A stretch of DNA of 63,510 nt, counting the filler, from Candidatus Rokuibacteriota bacterium (GTDB taxonomy: Bacteria > JAUVQV01 > DATDCY01), in the NCBI GenBank assembly GCA_031406795.1. It is 7 parts of 7 records of this genome, joined end to end, with 100 filler letters (N's around TTAATTAATTAA, not from the genome) between each part and the next. Parts side by side here need not be neighbours in the genome. Positions count along the whole stretch, not along the records: positions 45,651 to 49,491 come from JANOHV010000149.1; positions 49,592 to 51,592 come from JANOHV010000160.1; positions 51,693 to 61,829 come from JANOHV010000215.1; positions 61,930 to 63,510 come from JANOHV010000238.1; 3 more parts are not named here. One strand, 5' to 3'. The notes beneath the pieces are model-generated. The model saw only the letters and a list, made by a program, of their open reading frames with translations. It searched no databases and was not told the DNA's origin. A program made the translations under genes and the position numbers. This document shows positions 48,315 through 63,510 of this stretch, piece by piece. How positions within the stretch are numbered: the stretch's first letter is position 1; each line of letters opens with the position of its first letter.

Positions 48315-49121
48315 TTACTGCGCACGGCCTGTCGGGATTGCGTGGTTCGCGCGGACAATCTTTGCGCCCTCAGCGCTGAAGATGAAATCCGTGAATGCTT
48401 TCAAGTTCCCGGTGAGCGCGCCGGGCTTGAAGACAAATCCGGCGTCCACGAGCGCCGGGTAGGTCTCTGCGCTTGGAGCGACGCCCTCGAGGGCCAGAGG
48501 GGCGAGCCCCTTCTCGAGCACCTCCGAGATCACGTTGAAACCGATCGCCCCCTCGTACTCGGAGATGAACTGCACCATCTCCTGGTCGGTGGCGGCGGCC
48601 TTGGAGCGTTCGGTCACCACGAGGTCCTTCCACTCGGGGATGCTCTGCTGGAGAAGCTTGAAATTGGTCTCGCTCGTGGGGCGGGAGATGACGCGCACCT
48701 TCACGTCGGGTCCGCCCAGTTCCTTCCACGAGGCGATCTTGCCGGTGAACAGATCGCGGCTCTGCGCGCGGGTGATACCCTTGAGCTTCACGGAGGGGTG
48801 CGTGGCGAACACCACCGGCTGGCGCGCGAAGGGAAGATAGTCCAGGCCGTACACCGCCTCCTTGTCGTTGGGCTTGCGGCCGACCCGGGCGATCACCGCT
48901 TTTCCCTCACCGACAGCCTTCATGCCGCCGCCCGTGCCGACGCTCTCGGGGATTTCGATCTTTACCCCGGGGTGGGCCTTCTCGAAGGCGGCCGCCAACT
49001 CGCGCAGCATGCTCTGCGAGGAGCCGCTCCCCGGCATGACGATCGTCTCGGCCGCGGCCGCGGTCGCGAAGCAGACCACTGCAATCCCAAGAACCGTTCC
49101 CAGCGACCTCTTCATGTTCAT
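48315..49121 (-). CDS. PstS-like (PBP2) periplasmic substrate-binding protein
   Basis: Signal peptide; PGSGSS, SVGTGGG, LFTGKIASWKELGGPD. Confidence 0.88.
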   Translation of the reverse strand: MNMKRSLGTVLGIAVVCFATAAAAETIVMPGSGSSQSMLRELAAAFEKAHPGVKIEIPESVGTGGGMKAVGEGKAVIARVGRKPNDKEAVYGLDYLPFARQPVVFATHPSVKLKGITRAQSRDLFTGKIASWKELGGPDVKVRVISRPTSETNFKLLQQSIPEWKDLVVTERSKAAATDQEMVQFISEYEGAIGFNVISEVLEKGLAPLALEGVAPSAETYPALVDAGFVFKPGALTGNLKAFTDFIFSAEGAKIVRANHAIPTGRAQ

Positions 49122-49244
49122 GTCACCCCTCCTGTTCTCGGTGTAGGCGAACACAGCCTCGCCTGGCTGCCCCTGCACGGCAAGGTATCATGAATCCATA
49201 GGGGAAAGCTTGCCTTTGGACGGCGAAGTCAAGGTTGTGGGGCT

Positions 49245-49491
49245 GAGATTGAAGGCCTTCTCCGTCTCGGTCAGCGTCTCGGCGAGCGAGTTCCTGAACA
49301 GGCCGTCGATCGCGGCCGAGACCTCCGCCGCGCGGTCCGGGTCCTTCACGCCCACGAGGTACCAGCCCACGCTGTCGGCGGCCCCGGGCATCAGGCGCTT
49401 GACGCCCTCGTTCAGGTAGTCCCAGTGGAAGAGCAGCGGCGATTCGTCGGCCGTCTTGTCGCGCCCCCGGAAGATGCCGCGGATCGTCATC
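49245..49491 (-). pseudogene. Truncated MacB/FtsX-type ABC permease fragment
   Basis: IDGLFRNSLAETLTETEKAF periplasmic motif; similarity ends before the TM segment. Confidence 0.65.
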
Positions 49492-49591
49492 NNNNNNNNN
49501 NNNNNNNNNNNNNNNNNNNNNNNNNNNNNNNNNNNTTAATTAATTAANNNNNNNNNNNNNNNNNNNNNNNNNNNNNNNNNNNNNNNNNNNN
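49492..49591. other. Artificial contig linker
   Basis: N-run with TTAATTAATTAA. Confidence 0.99.
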
Positions 49592-49658
49592 CTCAAGACC
49601 GTTCCGGTGGTGCTGCTGAGGAGGGGGGCCGCATGATGAGCGGAAGGGCCGCTGGAAT

Positions 49659-49675
49659 CGTCAATATTCTTTACA
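49659..49675 (+). promoter_or_regulatory. PEP-CTERM box / enhancer-binding site
   Basis: CGTCAATATTCTTTACA (TGT-N11-ACA-like), 62 nt upstream of the sigma54 site. Confidence 0.65.
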
Positions 49676-49737
49676 CTCCGGGGTATTCGGGAATCACGCC
49701 AGCGTATGAAAGCATACAAAAACAAATACTTACTGAT

Positions 49738-49753
49738 TGGCACCGTCCTTGCA
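49738..49753 (+). promoter_or_regulatory. Sigma54 (-24/-12) promoter
   Basis: TGGCAC-N5-TTGCA consensus. Confidence 0.85.
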
Positions 49754-49798
49754 ACTGAGATGAGTAAAGGAAATCGACAAGGTACAAGGAGGCGGACC

Positions 49799-50410
49799 AT
49801 GAAGAAGCTCATCTCGGCTCTTGCGGCGGCAGCGGTGGTCGGGATTGTGCCTGTGGCTGGTCATGCCATCCCTTATGCAGCCCCGGACATTCTCATTGCC
49901 GGCCGTAATTACAGTGATGCGAGTCAACATCTGGGCGTAGACGGAACCCTTGGCCAGGGGTGGTTTAATCAAGGCGATAGATCGGTCGTTACTTACTGGG
50001 GAAATCAGTGGATCGAGTATGAGACCGAGTTGACTGCGGGAAACTGGAATATAGGGTTGAACGTGATCAACCAAGGACTAATCTACGCCGGCTGGAACTT
50101 CGAGTTCAGGGTGTTCAACGACTGGACCGACACGGTGTTCACCATTCCCGGGAGTTCCACTGAGGTCTTCAACGGATTCTTCAACATCGATGTGACTCAA
50201 GCCGGGATCTACACGGTCCGGTACACGTGGCTGAATGATATTTGTCGGACAATCGACGGGACACGGTACGACGCGAACATTAGAATCGTCAGCGCCTTCT
50301 TCGACGAAGCCCCCCCGGCCGCCGCGGTCCCCGAGCCCGCCACCCTGCTGCTGCTCGGCACCGGCCTGCTTGGCCTCGGGTTGATGCGGAGAAAGAAGCA
50401 GCAGCACTAG
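49799..50410 (+). CDS. PEP-CTERM sorting domain surface protein
   Basis: Signal peptide; VPEPATLLLLGTGLLGLGLMRRKK; AGGAGG RBS. Confidence 0.93.
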   Translation: MKKLISALAAAAVVGIVPVAGHAIPYAAPDILIAGRNYSDASQHLGVDGTLGQGWFNQGDRSVVTYWGNQWIEYETELTAGNWNIGLNVINQGLIYAGWNFEFRVFNDWTDTVFTIPGSSTEVFNGFFNIDVTQAGIYTVRYTWLNDICRTIDGTRYDANIRIVSAFFDEAPPAAAVPEPATLLLLGTGLLGLGLMRRKKQQH

Positions 50411-50430
50411 AACCAGCTTGATCGATCGCG

Positions 50431-50461
50431 AACGGGGCGGTGCAAACCGCTCCGTTTTTTT
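50431..50461 (+). terminator. Rho-independent terminator
   Basis: AACGGGGCGGT-GCAA-ACCGCTCCGTT followed by a T-tract. Confidence 0.85.
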
Positions 50462-50502
50462 GTGCGCCCAAGCCTTGGCGAAGATCGTTGTCGGAGTTGA
50501 CC

Positions 50503-50697
50503 TCAAGAAGTCGATCGATCTTCCGCCGCTTCTTCCAGGGACCGGAATTTCTTGACCCCGGAGGAATACCGTCTGGGTGCGATGCGTGCAGACAGCTCGA
50601 AGAGGGTGCGCATGCGCGATGCGGCGGACGCCATCCGTGGGTTGAGCAGCAAGGCGTCGGCGGCCAGCTCAAAGGACTTGAATTTAGCGGTTGGCAT
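50503..50697 (-). CDS. Small protein with repeated KF(K/R)S(F/L)E motif, partner of the nucleotidyltransferase gene
   Basis: KFKSFE and KKFRSLEEA; overlaps the upstream gene stop. Confidence 0.55.
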   Translation of the reverse strand: MPTAKFKSFELAADALLLNPRMASAASRMRTLFELSARIAPRRYSSGVKKFRSLEEAAEDRSTS

Positions 50698-51004
50698 CGT
50701 CCGGCAGGTGAAACTTGCGCTTGAGGTTGCCGGCGTCGGCCTGGTCGATGGGCCTGACGGTGCCGCTCTTCATGCGGTAGAGCATCTGCGGCGTGGCCAC
50801 GCGCACGGGAATCCCTTCGAGGTCCGCCTCCTGGCTCTCGATGTCCGCGAACGAGAATGCGGTGCCGAGGCCGCTCATGATGTCGATGGTGGCGCTGCCG
50901 TCGGGTGGCCCGTAACGCACCACCGGGTACTCGCCGACGAGGACATAGCGGACGCGGCGCGCGTGCAGGGCGGCGAGGAGCCTCTTCAGAATGTCGATGT
51001 CCAT
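50684..51004 (-). pseudogene. Minimal nucleotidyltransferase with probable in-frame deletion of the catalytic segment
   Basis: VRYVLVG joins directly to EYPVVRYGP; GG...DxD absent; C-terminal MK...RPID..D retained. Confidence 0.6.
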
Positions 51005-51077
51005 GTGCTGAATATTTTTGCATGAAAAGGCCATTTTGATCCAGCGACAATCTGATCGCGCTCATCCTGCCGACCGT

Positions 51078-51458
51078 GTCGATCATTCGGAGAACAGCCT
51101 CTTCTACCTGAACGAGGAGCTGAAGGCGTCTTTCCCGTGGCTGAAGTACCGGCTCAAGGTGGCGGACGTGACCTCCGCCGAACGGATGCGCAACAGCTAT
51201 TCGGGGCAGGTGCTCTCGTACCAGAAAATGCTTGGGCAGCTCCAGGATGCCGGTAACACGACCACCCTCGCGCACTACCTTGAGTTGCTCGCCGGAGCCG
51301 GCATGGTGACCGGTTTGCAGAAGTTCGCGGGAGATCGGGCGCGACAGCGGGGTTCGAGCCCCAAGCTTCAGGTGCTCAACACGGCGCTGATCACCGCCCA
51401 ATCGGGAATGACGCCGCGAGAGGCCCGCGACGACCACGAGTATTGGGGACGACTGTAA
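51078..51458 (+). pseudogene. Chimeric fragment: CapD-like piece fused to an AAA-ATPase/DUF4143 piece
   Basis: DHSENSLFYL...VADV followed by YSGQVLSYQKMLGQLQDAGNTTTLAHYL...SSPKLQVLNTAL...WGRL*. Confidence 0.65.
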
Positions 51459-51592
51459 GTCCTCGCCCTACCCCGACTGCACATTTTCCTCGTCGGCAGG
51501 CGTCTTCGTGATGGCCGCCGGGTCACGGTCGAGCGCCGGTCCGGCCGGGCGGTCTACTGCAGGGTGTTCTTCTTCAACTCCGCGGGGAGGAA

Positions 51593-51692
51593 NNNNNNNN
51601 NNNNNNNNNNNNNNNNNNNNNNNNNNNNNNNNNNNNTTAATTAATTAANNNNNNNNNNNNNNNNNNNNNNNNNNNNNNNNNNNNNNNNNNNN
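51593..51692. other. Artificial contig linker
   Basis: N-run with TTAATTAATTAA. Confidence 0.99.
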
Positions 51693-51693
51693 T

Positions 51694-51837
51694 GTGGAGA
51701 TGGTGATGCCCGGGGACAACGTGGAGATCGTGGGCGAGCTGATTTCGCCGATCGCCATGGAGAAGGAACTGCGCTTCGCGATCCGCGAGGGCGGCCGCAC
51801 CGTCGGTGCCGGCGTCGTCAGCGAGATCATCGAATAG
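51694..51837 (+). CDS. tuf: Elongation factor Tu, C-terminal fragment
   Basis: VEMVMPGDN...[16 protein letters not shown]. Confidence 0.97.
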   Translation: MEMVMPGDNVEIVGELISPIAMEKELRFAIREGGRTVGAGVVSEIIE

Positions 51838-51916
51838 GACCGTTCACGACACGGGGACAGATTGAAATCTGTCCGCGGACGAAGCGGACGAAGCGAACGG
51901 GAACGGGAGACTGAAG

Positions 51917-52066
51917 ATGCGCGAGAACATTACACTGGCCTGCGTGACGTGCAAGCAACGCAACTACCGCACGAGCAAGAACAAGAAGCTGACGCCGGGG
52001 AAGCTGGAGTTCAAGAAGTTCTGCCCCTTCTGCCGGGCGCACACCCCGCACAAGGAAGGCAAGTAG
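51917..52066 (+). CDS. rpmG: 50S ribosomal protein L33 (Zn-binding type); absent from the supplied ORF track
   Basis: [17 protein letters not shown]...[17 protein letters not shown], 49 aa. Confidence 0.97.
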   Translation: MRENITLACVTCKQRNYRTSKNKKLTPGKLEFKKFCPFCRAHTPHKEGK

Positions 52067-52084
52067 CTTTCAATGGGAAGTCAC

Positions 52085-52161
52085 AGGCCAGTAGCTCTAA
52101 TGGCTAGAGCAGCGGACTCCAAATCCGCGGGTTGGGGGTTCGAATCCCTCCTGGCCTGCCA
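52085..52161 (+). tRNA. tRNA-Trp (CCA)
   Basis: AGGCCAG/CTGGCCT acceptor stem; GCGGA-CTCCAAA-TCCGC anticodon arm; GGTTCGAATCC; encoded CCA. Confidence 0.97.
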
Positions 52162-52249
52162 GGTTTGGCAGGGGGCCGGCCGCTAACCGGGCGGCGACCC
52201 GTGCCGCTGCGCGGCGCGGAGAGCCAGCCCGAGACGGGACGAGACGCAG

Positions 52250-52435
52250 ATGCTGCAGAAGATCCAGGAATTTTTTCGGGAAGTGAGCGTCGAACTGAAG
52301 AAGGTCAGCTGGCCCACGCGCCAGCAGACGATGAACGCCACGGTGGTCGTGATCACCGTTTCCTTCGTCGTCGCCTTCTTTCTCGGGATCGTGGACGTCG
52401 TCCTCGCCCGGGTCGTCGGCTCCATGATGAAGTAG
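52250..52435 (+). CDS. secE: Preprotein translocase subunit SecE
   Basis: ELKKVSWP plus one TM helix. Confidence 0.96.
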   Translation: MLQKIQEFFREVSVELKKVSWPTRQQTMNATVVVITVSFVVAFFLGIVDVVLARVVGSMMK

Positions 52436-52472
52436 GCCGGACGCGGCCCGGGACAGACAGCGGGGGACCCGA

Positions 52473-53024
52473 ATGAGCGAAGCGGTGAGCACGGCGGCGG
52501 AGCAGCGCTGGTACGTTATCCACACCTACTCCGGCTATGAGGCCAAGGTGCGCGAGAGTCTGATCGAGCGCATGGCAGCCGTCGGCTGGGCGGAGAAGAT
52601 TTCCGAGATCCTGGTGCCGTCGGAGGAGATTGTCGAGCTCAAGAAGGGCAAGCGACGCGTCTCCGAGCGCAAGATCTTCCCCGGCTACATCCTCGTCAAG
52701 ATGGAGCTCAACGACGAGACCTGGCACCTGGTGCAGGAGACCCCGCGCATCACCGGGTTTGTCGGCGGGCGGACCCACCCGACGCCGCTCTCGGAGGCCG
52801 AGGTCGAGGAGATCATCAAGGCGACGAGCGCCGAGGAAGGTCCGCGCCCGCGGGTCCGGTTCCACATCGGCGAGAGCGTCCGGATCACCGACGGGCCGTT
52901 CACGAACTTCAACGGCGTGGTCGACACCGCCAACGAGGAACGCGGCAAGCTCCGGGTCATGGTCAGCATTTTCGGTCGGTCGACGCCGGTCGAGTTGGAT
53001 TACCTGCAGGTGGAGCGGGTCTGA
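52473..53024 (+). CDS. nusG: Transcription termination/antitermination factor NusG
   Basis: WYVIHTYSGYE, FPGYILV, KOW, IFGRSTPVEL. Confidence 0.97.
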   Translation: MSEAVSTAAEQRWYVIHTYSGYEAKVRESLIERMAAVGWAEKISEILVPSEEIVELKKGKRRVSERKIFPGYILVKMELNDETWHLVQETPRITGFVGGRTHPTPLSEAEVEEIIKATSAEEGPRPRVRFHIGESVRITDGPFTNFNGVVDTANEERGKLRVMVSIFGRSTPVELDYLQVERV

Positions 53025-53055
53025 CCCGCGACCGTAGAACGAGAGGGTAGATGCG

Positions 53056-53478
53056 ATGGCGAAGAAAGAGATGGCCAAGATCAAGCTTCAGCTCAACGCG
53101 GGCAAGGCGAACCCCTCGCCCCCGGTCGGGCCGGCCCTGTCCCAGCACGGGGTCAATATCATGGAATTCTGCAAGGCCTTCAACGCGGCGACGGCCAAGG
53201 AAGAGGGGATGGTCATCCCGGTGATCATCACGGTCTACTCCGACCGCTCCTTCTCGTTCATCCAGAAGACCCCGCCCGCGTCCGTGCTGCTCAAGAAGGC
53301 GGCGGGACTCGTCAAGGGCTCGGGGACGACCGGCCGCGAGAAGGTCGGGGCCGTCACGAAGAAGCAGGTCGAGGAGATCGCCCGGCTCAAGCTCCCGGAT
53401 CTGAACGCCAAGGACTTGGCCGGCGCGATCAACACGATCTCGGGCACGGCGCGCAGCATGGGGCTGGACATCAACTAA
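53056..53478 (+). CDS. rplK: 50S ribosomal protein L11
   Basis: [24 protein letters not shown]. Confidence 0.98.
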   Translation: MAKKEMAKIKLQLNAGKANPSPPVGPALSQHGVNIMEFCKAFNAATAKEEGMVIPVIITVYSDRSFSFIQKTPPASVLLKKAAGLVKGSGTTGREKVGAVTKKQVEEIARLKLPDLNAKDLAGAINTISGTARSMGLDIN

Positions 53479-53545
53479 CGACGCGCACCACGGTAGGAGC
53501 CTGCGGCTGACCGCCGGGGCGCTTGCACTACCGGAAGGAGAACCG

Positions 53546-54241
53546 ATGGCACGGCACGGCAAGAAGTACCGCAAGGCCCTCGAGGGGGTTGACCGCACGA
53601 AGCGCTACGGGCTCGACGAGGCCGTGACGCTCGTCCGGAGCCTCTCCTACGCCAAGTACGACGAGGCGGTCGAGATTTCGGTCCGGCTCGGGATCGACGC
53701 GAAGAAGACCGACCAGCTCGTGCGCGGCTCGGTCGTGCTGCCGCACGGCCTGGGCAAGCAGGTGCGCGTTCTGGTCTTCGCCAAGGGCGAGAAGGCCAAC
53801 GAAGCCCGCGACGCCGGCGCCGACGCGTACGGCGGCGACGAGCTCGTCGAGAAGATCCAGGGCGGCTGGATGGATTTCGACAAGGTCATCGCGACCCCCG
53901 ACATGATGGGTCAGGTCGGCCGGCTCGGCAAGGTGCTCGGCCCGCGCGGCCTGATGCCCAACCCGAAACTCGGCACGGTGACCTTCGACGTCGCCCGCGC
54001 GATCCAGGAAGTGAAGGCCGGTCGCGCCGAGTACCGGGCCGAGAAGTCCGGTATCGTCCAGGCCGCGGTCGGCCGCAAGTCCTTCGAGGCGCCGCTGCTG
54101 CTGGAGAACATCCGGGCGCTGATGGGCAGCATCATCAAGGCCAAGCCGGCCACCAGCAAGGGGCACTATCTCAAGAGCGTCACCCTCTCGACGACCATCG
54201 GTCCCGGGGTGAAACTCGACGTCGGGCAGTTCGGGAGCTGA
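53546..54241 (+). CDS. rplA: 50S ribosomal protein L1
   Basis: [18 protein letters not shown]. Confidence 0.98.
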   Translation: MARHGKKYRKALEGVDRTKRYGLDEAVTLVRSLSYAKYDEAVEISVRLGIDAKKTDQLVRGSVVLPHGLGKQVRVLVFAKGEKANEARDAGADAYGGDELVEKIQGGWMDFDKVIATPDMMGQVGRLGKVLGPRGLMPNPKLGTVTFDVARAIQEVKAGRAEYRAEKSGIVQAAVGRKSFEAPLLLENIRALMGSIIKAKPATSKGHYLKSVTLSTTIGPGVKLDVGQFGS

Positions 54242-54296
54242 CGGCTCCCGTTTGGGGCAGTACGGCACGTGACGGAGGATTGAATACGCCTGAGGA

Positions 54297-54366
54297 GTCA
54301 CAGACAGCAGGTCTTCCCCTGGGGGGGAGGATAATGGCACGGTCCCGACGTGCCGCCCGCCGAGAC
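54297..54366 (+). ncRNA. Ribosomal protein L10 leader (cis-regulatory)
   Basis: AGACAGCAGG...TAAT...CCCGCCGAG with two internal hairpins, upstream of rplJ. Confidence 0.65.
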
Positions 54367-54462
54367 GAGCAGAAGGCGATGCAGCACCTTCTTGATTCGA
54401 TCAGTGATTATCCCTGGCAGGGAGACTCCGGCCGATCTTTCCAGGGAAAGGGGGAATAGCCA

Positions 54463-54990
54463 ATGAAGCGTCAGGAAAAAATCGATTTGGTGCAAAAGTA
54501 CCAGGCCGAGTTCGCGAAGCGGCCGAACGTCTTCGTGGCCGAGTACCGCGGCATGACCGTGGAGCAGATCACCGAGTTGCGGGTCAAGCTGCGCAAGGCC
54601 GACGGCGGCATGAAGGTTCTGAAGAACACCTTCCTGCGTCGTGCCGTGGCGGGGACGGACAAGTCCGGGCTCGCCACGATCTCGAAGGGCCCGAACGCGG
54701 TCATCCTTGCGAACAACGATTTCGTCGAGCTCGTCAAGGTGCTGACCGCGACGGACAAGGAGATCGAGGCGTTCAAGCTCAAGGGTGGCGTGGTGTTCGG
54801 CAAGCCGGTCACGCCCGCCGAGATCCGGCAGATCGCCGATCTGCCGCCGCGCGCCGTGCTGCTCGCGCGCGCCGTGGGCAGCCTGGCCAGCCCGTTGCGC
54901 GGGTTCTTGACCGTGTGCCAGGGCAATGCCCGCAAGCTGGTCTACGTGCTCGAAGCACTCCGGAAGTCGAAGGAGCAGGCCGCGGCCTGA
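54463..54990 (+). CDS. rplJ: 50S ribosomal protein L10
   Basis: EYRGMTV...LR, VLKNT, LPPR; position in the operon. Confidence 0.96.
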   Translation: MKRQEKIDLVQKYQAEFAKRPNVFVAEYRGMTVEQITELRVKLRKADGGMKVLKNTFLRRAVAGTDKSGLATISKGPNAVILANNDFVELVKVLTATDKEIEAFKLKGGVVFGKPVTPAEIRQIADLPPRAVLLARAVGSLASPLRGFLTVCQGNARKLVYVLEALRKSKEQAAA

Positions 54991-55074
54991 TCCGTCCGGC
55001 CCCGGAGAGGATTGAACTGAAACCGGCGCCGGCCCGGAAGGGCGGCCGCCGAAACTGAAAGGGAGACTACTGAC

Positions 55075-55452
55075 ATGTCCGACATCACCAAGGAGCAGGT
55101 CGTTACCTTCATCGAGAACATGACCGTCCTGCAGCTCGCGGCCTTCGTCAAGGAGCTCGAGGAGAAGTTCGGCGTCTCCGCCGCCGCCCCGGTCGGTGCC
55201 GTCGCCGCAGCCGGCCCGGCGGCCGCGGTCGCCGAGGAGCAGACCGAGTTCGACGTCATCCTCACGGGCGTCGGCCCGGAGAAGATCAAGGTCATCAAGG
55301 AGATCCGCACCCTGACCGGTCTCGGCCTCAAGGAAGCCAAGGCCGTCGTCGACGAGGCCCCCAAGCCCGTCAAGGAGAAGGTCTCCAAGGAAGAGGCCGA
55401 CAACATCCGCAAGGTCCTCGAGGCCGCTGGCGCCACAGTGCAGGTCAAGTAA
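55075..55452 (+). CDS. rplL: 50S ribosomal protein L7/L12
   Basis: [18 protein letters not shown]. Confidence 0.98.
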   Translation: MSDITKEQVVTFIENMTVLQLAAFVKELEEKFGVSAAAPVGAVAAAGPAAAVAEEQTEFDVILTGVGPEKIKVIKEIRTLTGLGLKEAKAVVDEAPKPVKEKVSKEEADNIRKVLEAAGATVQVK

Positions 55453-55520
55453 CGGGTGCGGGGCTCGACGAATTTGGGTCCGTCCAGGAAAGCTGTGAGA
55501 TATTCCTGGGTATCCCGACG

Positions 55521-55648
55521 TTGACGCGCTCGATAAGGTCCCAGGTGCAAGGCGCCCGAGCCTTGAGGAATGAAGCGCACTTGGTGTGCGCCGCAGTGAC
55601 GAATGGCGAAGGGCAACGCAGCAGATGGGGCCTTAGCGAGTGCGTCAA
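55521..55648 (+). repeat. Structured intergenic element, copy 2 of 3
   Basis: 23-bp terminal stem (2 G-U, 1 A-G); motifs CCAGGTGCAAGGCGC, ATGAAGCGCAC, CGCCGCAG, CAACGCAGCAGATGGG. Confidence 0.85.
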
Positions 55649-55671
55649 GCAACCGTGAGCGAGGGAACGCA

Positions 55672-61829
<6,158 letters not shown>

Positions 61830-61929
61830 NNNNNNNNNNNNNNNNNNNNNNNNNNNNNNNNNNNNNNNNNNNNTTAATTAATTAANNNNNNNNNNNNNNN
61901 NNNNNNNNNNNNNNNNNNNNNNNNNNNNN
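61830..61929. other. Artificial contig linker
   Basis: N-run with TTAATTAATTAA. Confidence 0.99.
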
Positions 61930-63509
61930 GACCGCTCGGAGATGCCCGTCACGACCCGGCCACCGTCGCCGACATCCACGAAACCCTCGGCGCCAGCGGG
62001 TCTCTTCCGTGGGTCGTAACTCTCCGGTAGCGTGGCGTCCTTCTCGCCGAGCCGCCAGGGGTGCTCCAGAAGGTGGGTGGCTTCGAATTCGAAGAGCCCT
62101 TGTTCTTCCCTCACGCTGAGCCGTGGGACACTGAAATCGAGCCCTAACTCGAACGGTGAGGGGACGCGGGGCTCGCCGCTCGCGCCGAATGCCCGCTCGG
62201 TGGCCCGCACCATATCTACCGCATCGCGGAGCTTCCCGCGCGCCTCCTCGGTCCGCAAGGCGCCGGTGAGCCGCTCCGTGTCATCCGAACTCAATGGCGT
62301 CAGAATGGTGAGTGAGCTCCGCTCCCGGTCAATACCGACGCTGCCGCCGATGCCTTCCACGCAGGCGGCTGCAGCATCCAGGTCGATCTCTTCGGGAGCG
62401 AACGTCACTGTCCGCGGCTGCAGTCCCAGCGGGAGCATCCCCGGCGGAACGGGAATGATGATCCGTTCCGCCTCGGCGGCGGAGAAACCGTTCTTTTCCA
62501 GGGCGTCACGCAGCTCGGCGAGCACCTCCACGATGGACGGGGAGACAGAGAAGGCGTAGGCGCAGTTGAGGTCAGGATGCCGCTTTGCCGTGGCCCCGGG
62601 TAGCCGTAGGATGCGCCCGACGATTTGCTCGATCGCGGTCGCCGAGCGCGTCTCCCTGAGGCTGCACAGGACGTAGGCGAAGGGGCAGTCCCACCCCTCG
62701 CGGAGCTTCTGGACAGTGATGATGAATCGGACCGGGCAGTTCGGTGAGCCGATATCCACAACGGCTTTCAGATCGTCTAGTTTTCCGGTCGAGATCTTCA
62801 CCTGCTCTGGCGGAATGCCGAGATCCCGGCCGAGCCGTTCCCGCAGCGGCTCGCAGTCCTCGACGCTCTCCGCTTGAATCAACATGATCGGCCGGAGGTA
62901 TTCCCCGGTCTGCTGCGCTTCGGCGCCCGCCAGGCGTTCGAGATCGGCCCGCAGCGTGATCGCATCCGCGAGAAGCTGGTCGCGTTGGCTCGGGTGCCGT
63001 GTGATGACCCGGACGGGGAGCTTCACCATGTCGGCGGCCGTGAGCTCGGCGGCCGAGACATGATGCAGCACGTTCGAGGGATGTTTCGTCCGCGCCGGTG
63101 TCGCCGTGAATTCGATGATGCAGGAGGGTTTTAGTGCGCCGAGCGTCGAGAAGGAGAGATCGGTGCGGGCGTTGTGCGCCTCGTCGACGATGACGACCGG
63201 CCGGTGCATCCGCAGGACATTTACCAGCGAAGGTCGTGGCTTGCCGTCAGGCCCCGGTAGAAGCCCGGCGAGAGCGGTGGCGGGCGCCAGCGAGAGGTGT
63301 TCACTAAACGCGCCATTTTGACCGTAGACCCGCCGTCCGGTTGTGTCTTCAACGCGGAAGGACTGGAGTGTCGCGACGATGACTACAGTTTGCCCCGCGG
63401 TCGTCGCGCGGGAGAGCCGCAGCGCCTCGTCGATCGTCAGGACCTCGACGGCGCCGCAGGCCAGCTCCAGCGCCTGCCGGTAGGGGTGCCGGGGATCACG
63501 GAGGGCATC
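61930..63509 (-). CDS. Type III restriction Res-subunit-like SF2 helicase (internal fragment)
   Basis: IVDEAHN, EFTATP, LREGWDCP, EQIVGRILR; frame open across the whole contig. Confidence 0.85.
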
Positions 63510-63510
63510 A

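Noticed and set aside
51875-51907. Short tandem CGGACGAAG/AACGGG repeats before rpmG, and GCCACC x3 near 45654
   Set aside because: Too short and low in complexity to support a function.
55603-55671. N-terminal extensions of RpoB, and likewise RpoC from 59917
   Set aside because: They are translations of the non-coding structured repeats; better starts with SD sites lie at 55672 and 59992.

Overview
This window is not one locus. It is seven contigs of a high-GC, deltaproteobacteria-like genome bin, joined by artificial 100-nt N/TTAATTAATTAA linkers (15631-15730, 31311-31410, 45551-45650, 49492-49591, 51593-51692, 61830-61929). Contig 1: an MCP-less chemosensory operon (DUF4388-REC, cheY, cheA, cheW, Zn-ribbon-REC, HEAT, cheR, cheB, GAF, cheY) running into rpoE-antisigma-rseB-degP, with two sigmaE-type promoters. 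Contig 2: a DHH / c-heme sensor kinase / REC / Cys-containing PhnD-like binding protein / TPR-like / YedE(Se-type) cluster, acyl-CoA synthetase, amrS, a low-GC lipoprotein, a DUF4338(DruA)-fused ISAs1 element with a +1 frameshift, a diheme cytochrome c, a K+ channel and a LysM-TPR gene. Contig 3: nuoA-L, a solo HEPN gene and dksA-bamD-TPR-REC. Contig 4: a PstS-like binding protein and a very long MCP. Contig 5: a sigma54-driven PEP-CTERM gene and gene debris. Contig 6: tuf-rpmG-tRNA-Trp-secE-nusG-rplKAJL-rpoBC. Contig 7: a type III restriction helicase fragment. The most striking unexplained signal is a family of three ~127-148 nt intergenic elements (18386-18512, 55521-55648, 59799-59946). 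Their 23-bp terminal stems differ strongly in sequence but keep their pairing, with strand-specific G-U wobbles and a mismatch at the same position, and they share internal motifs. This is a candidate structured RNA/ssDNA element family.
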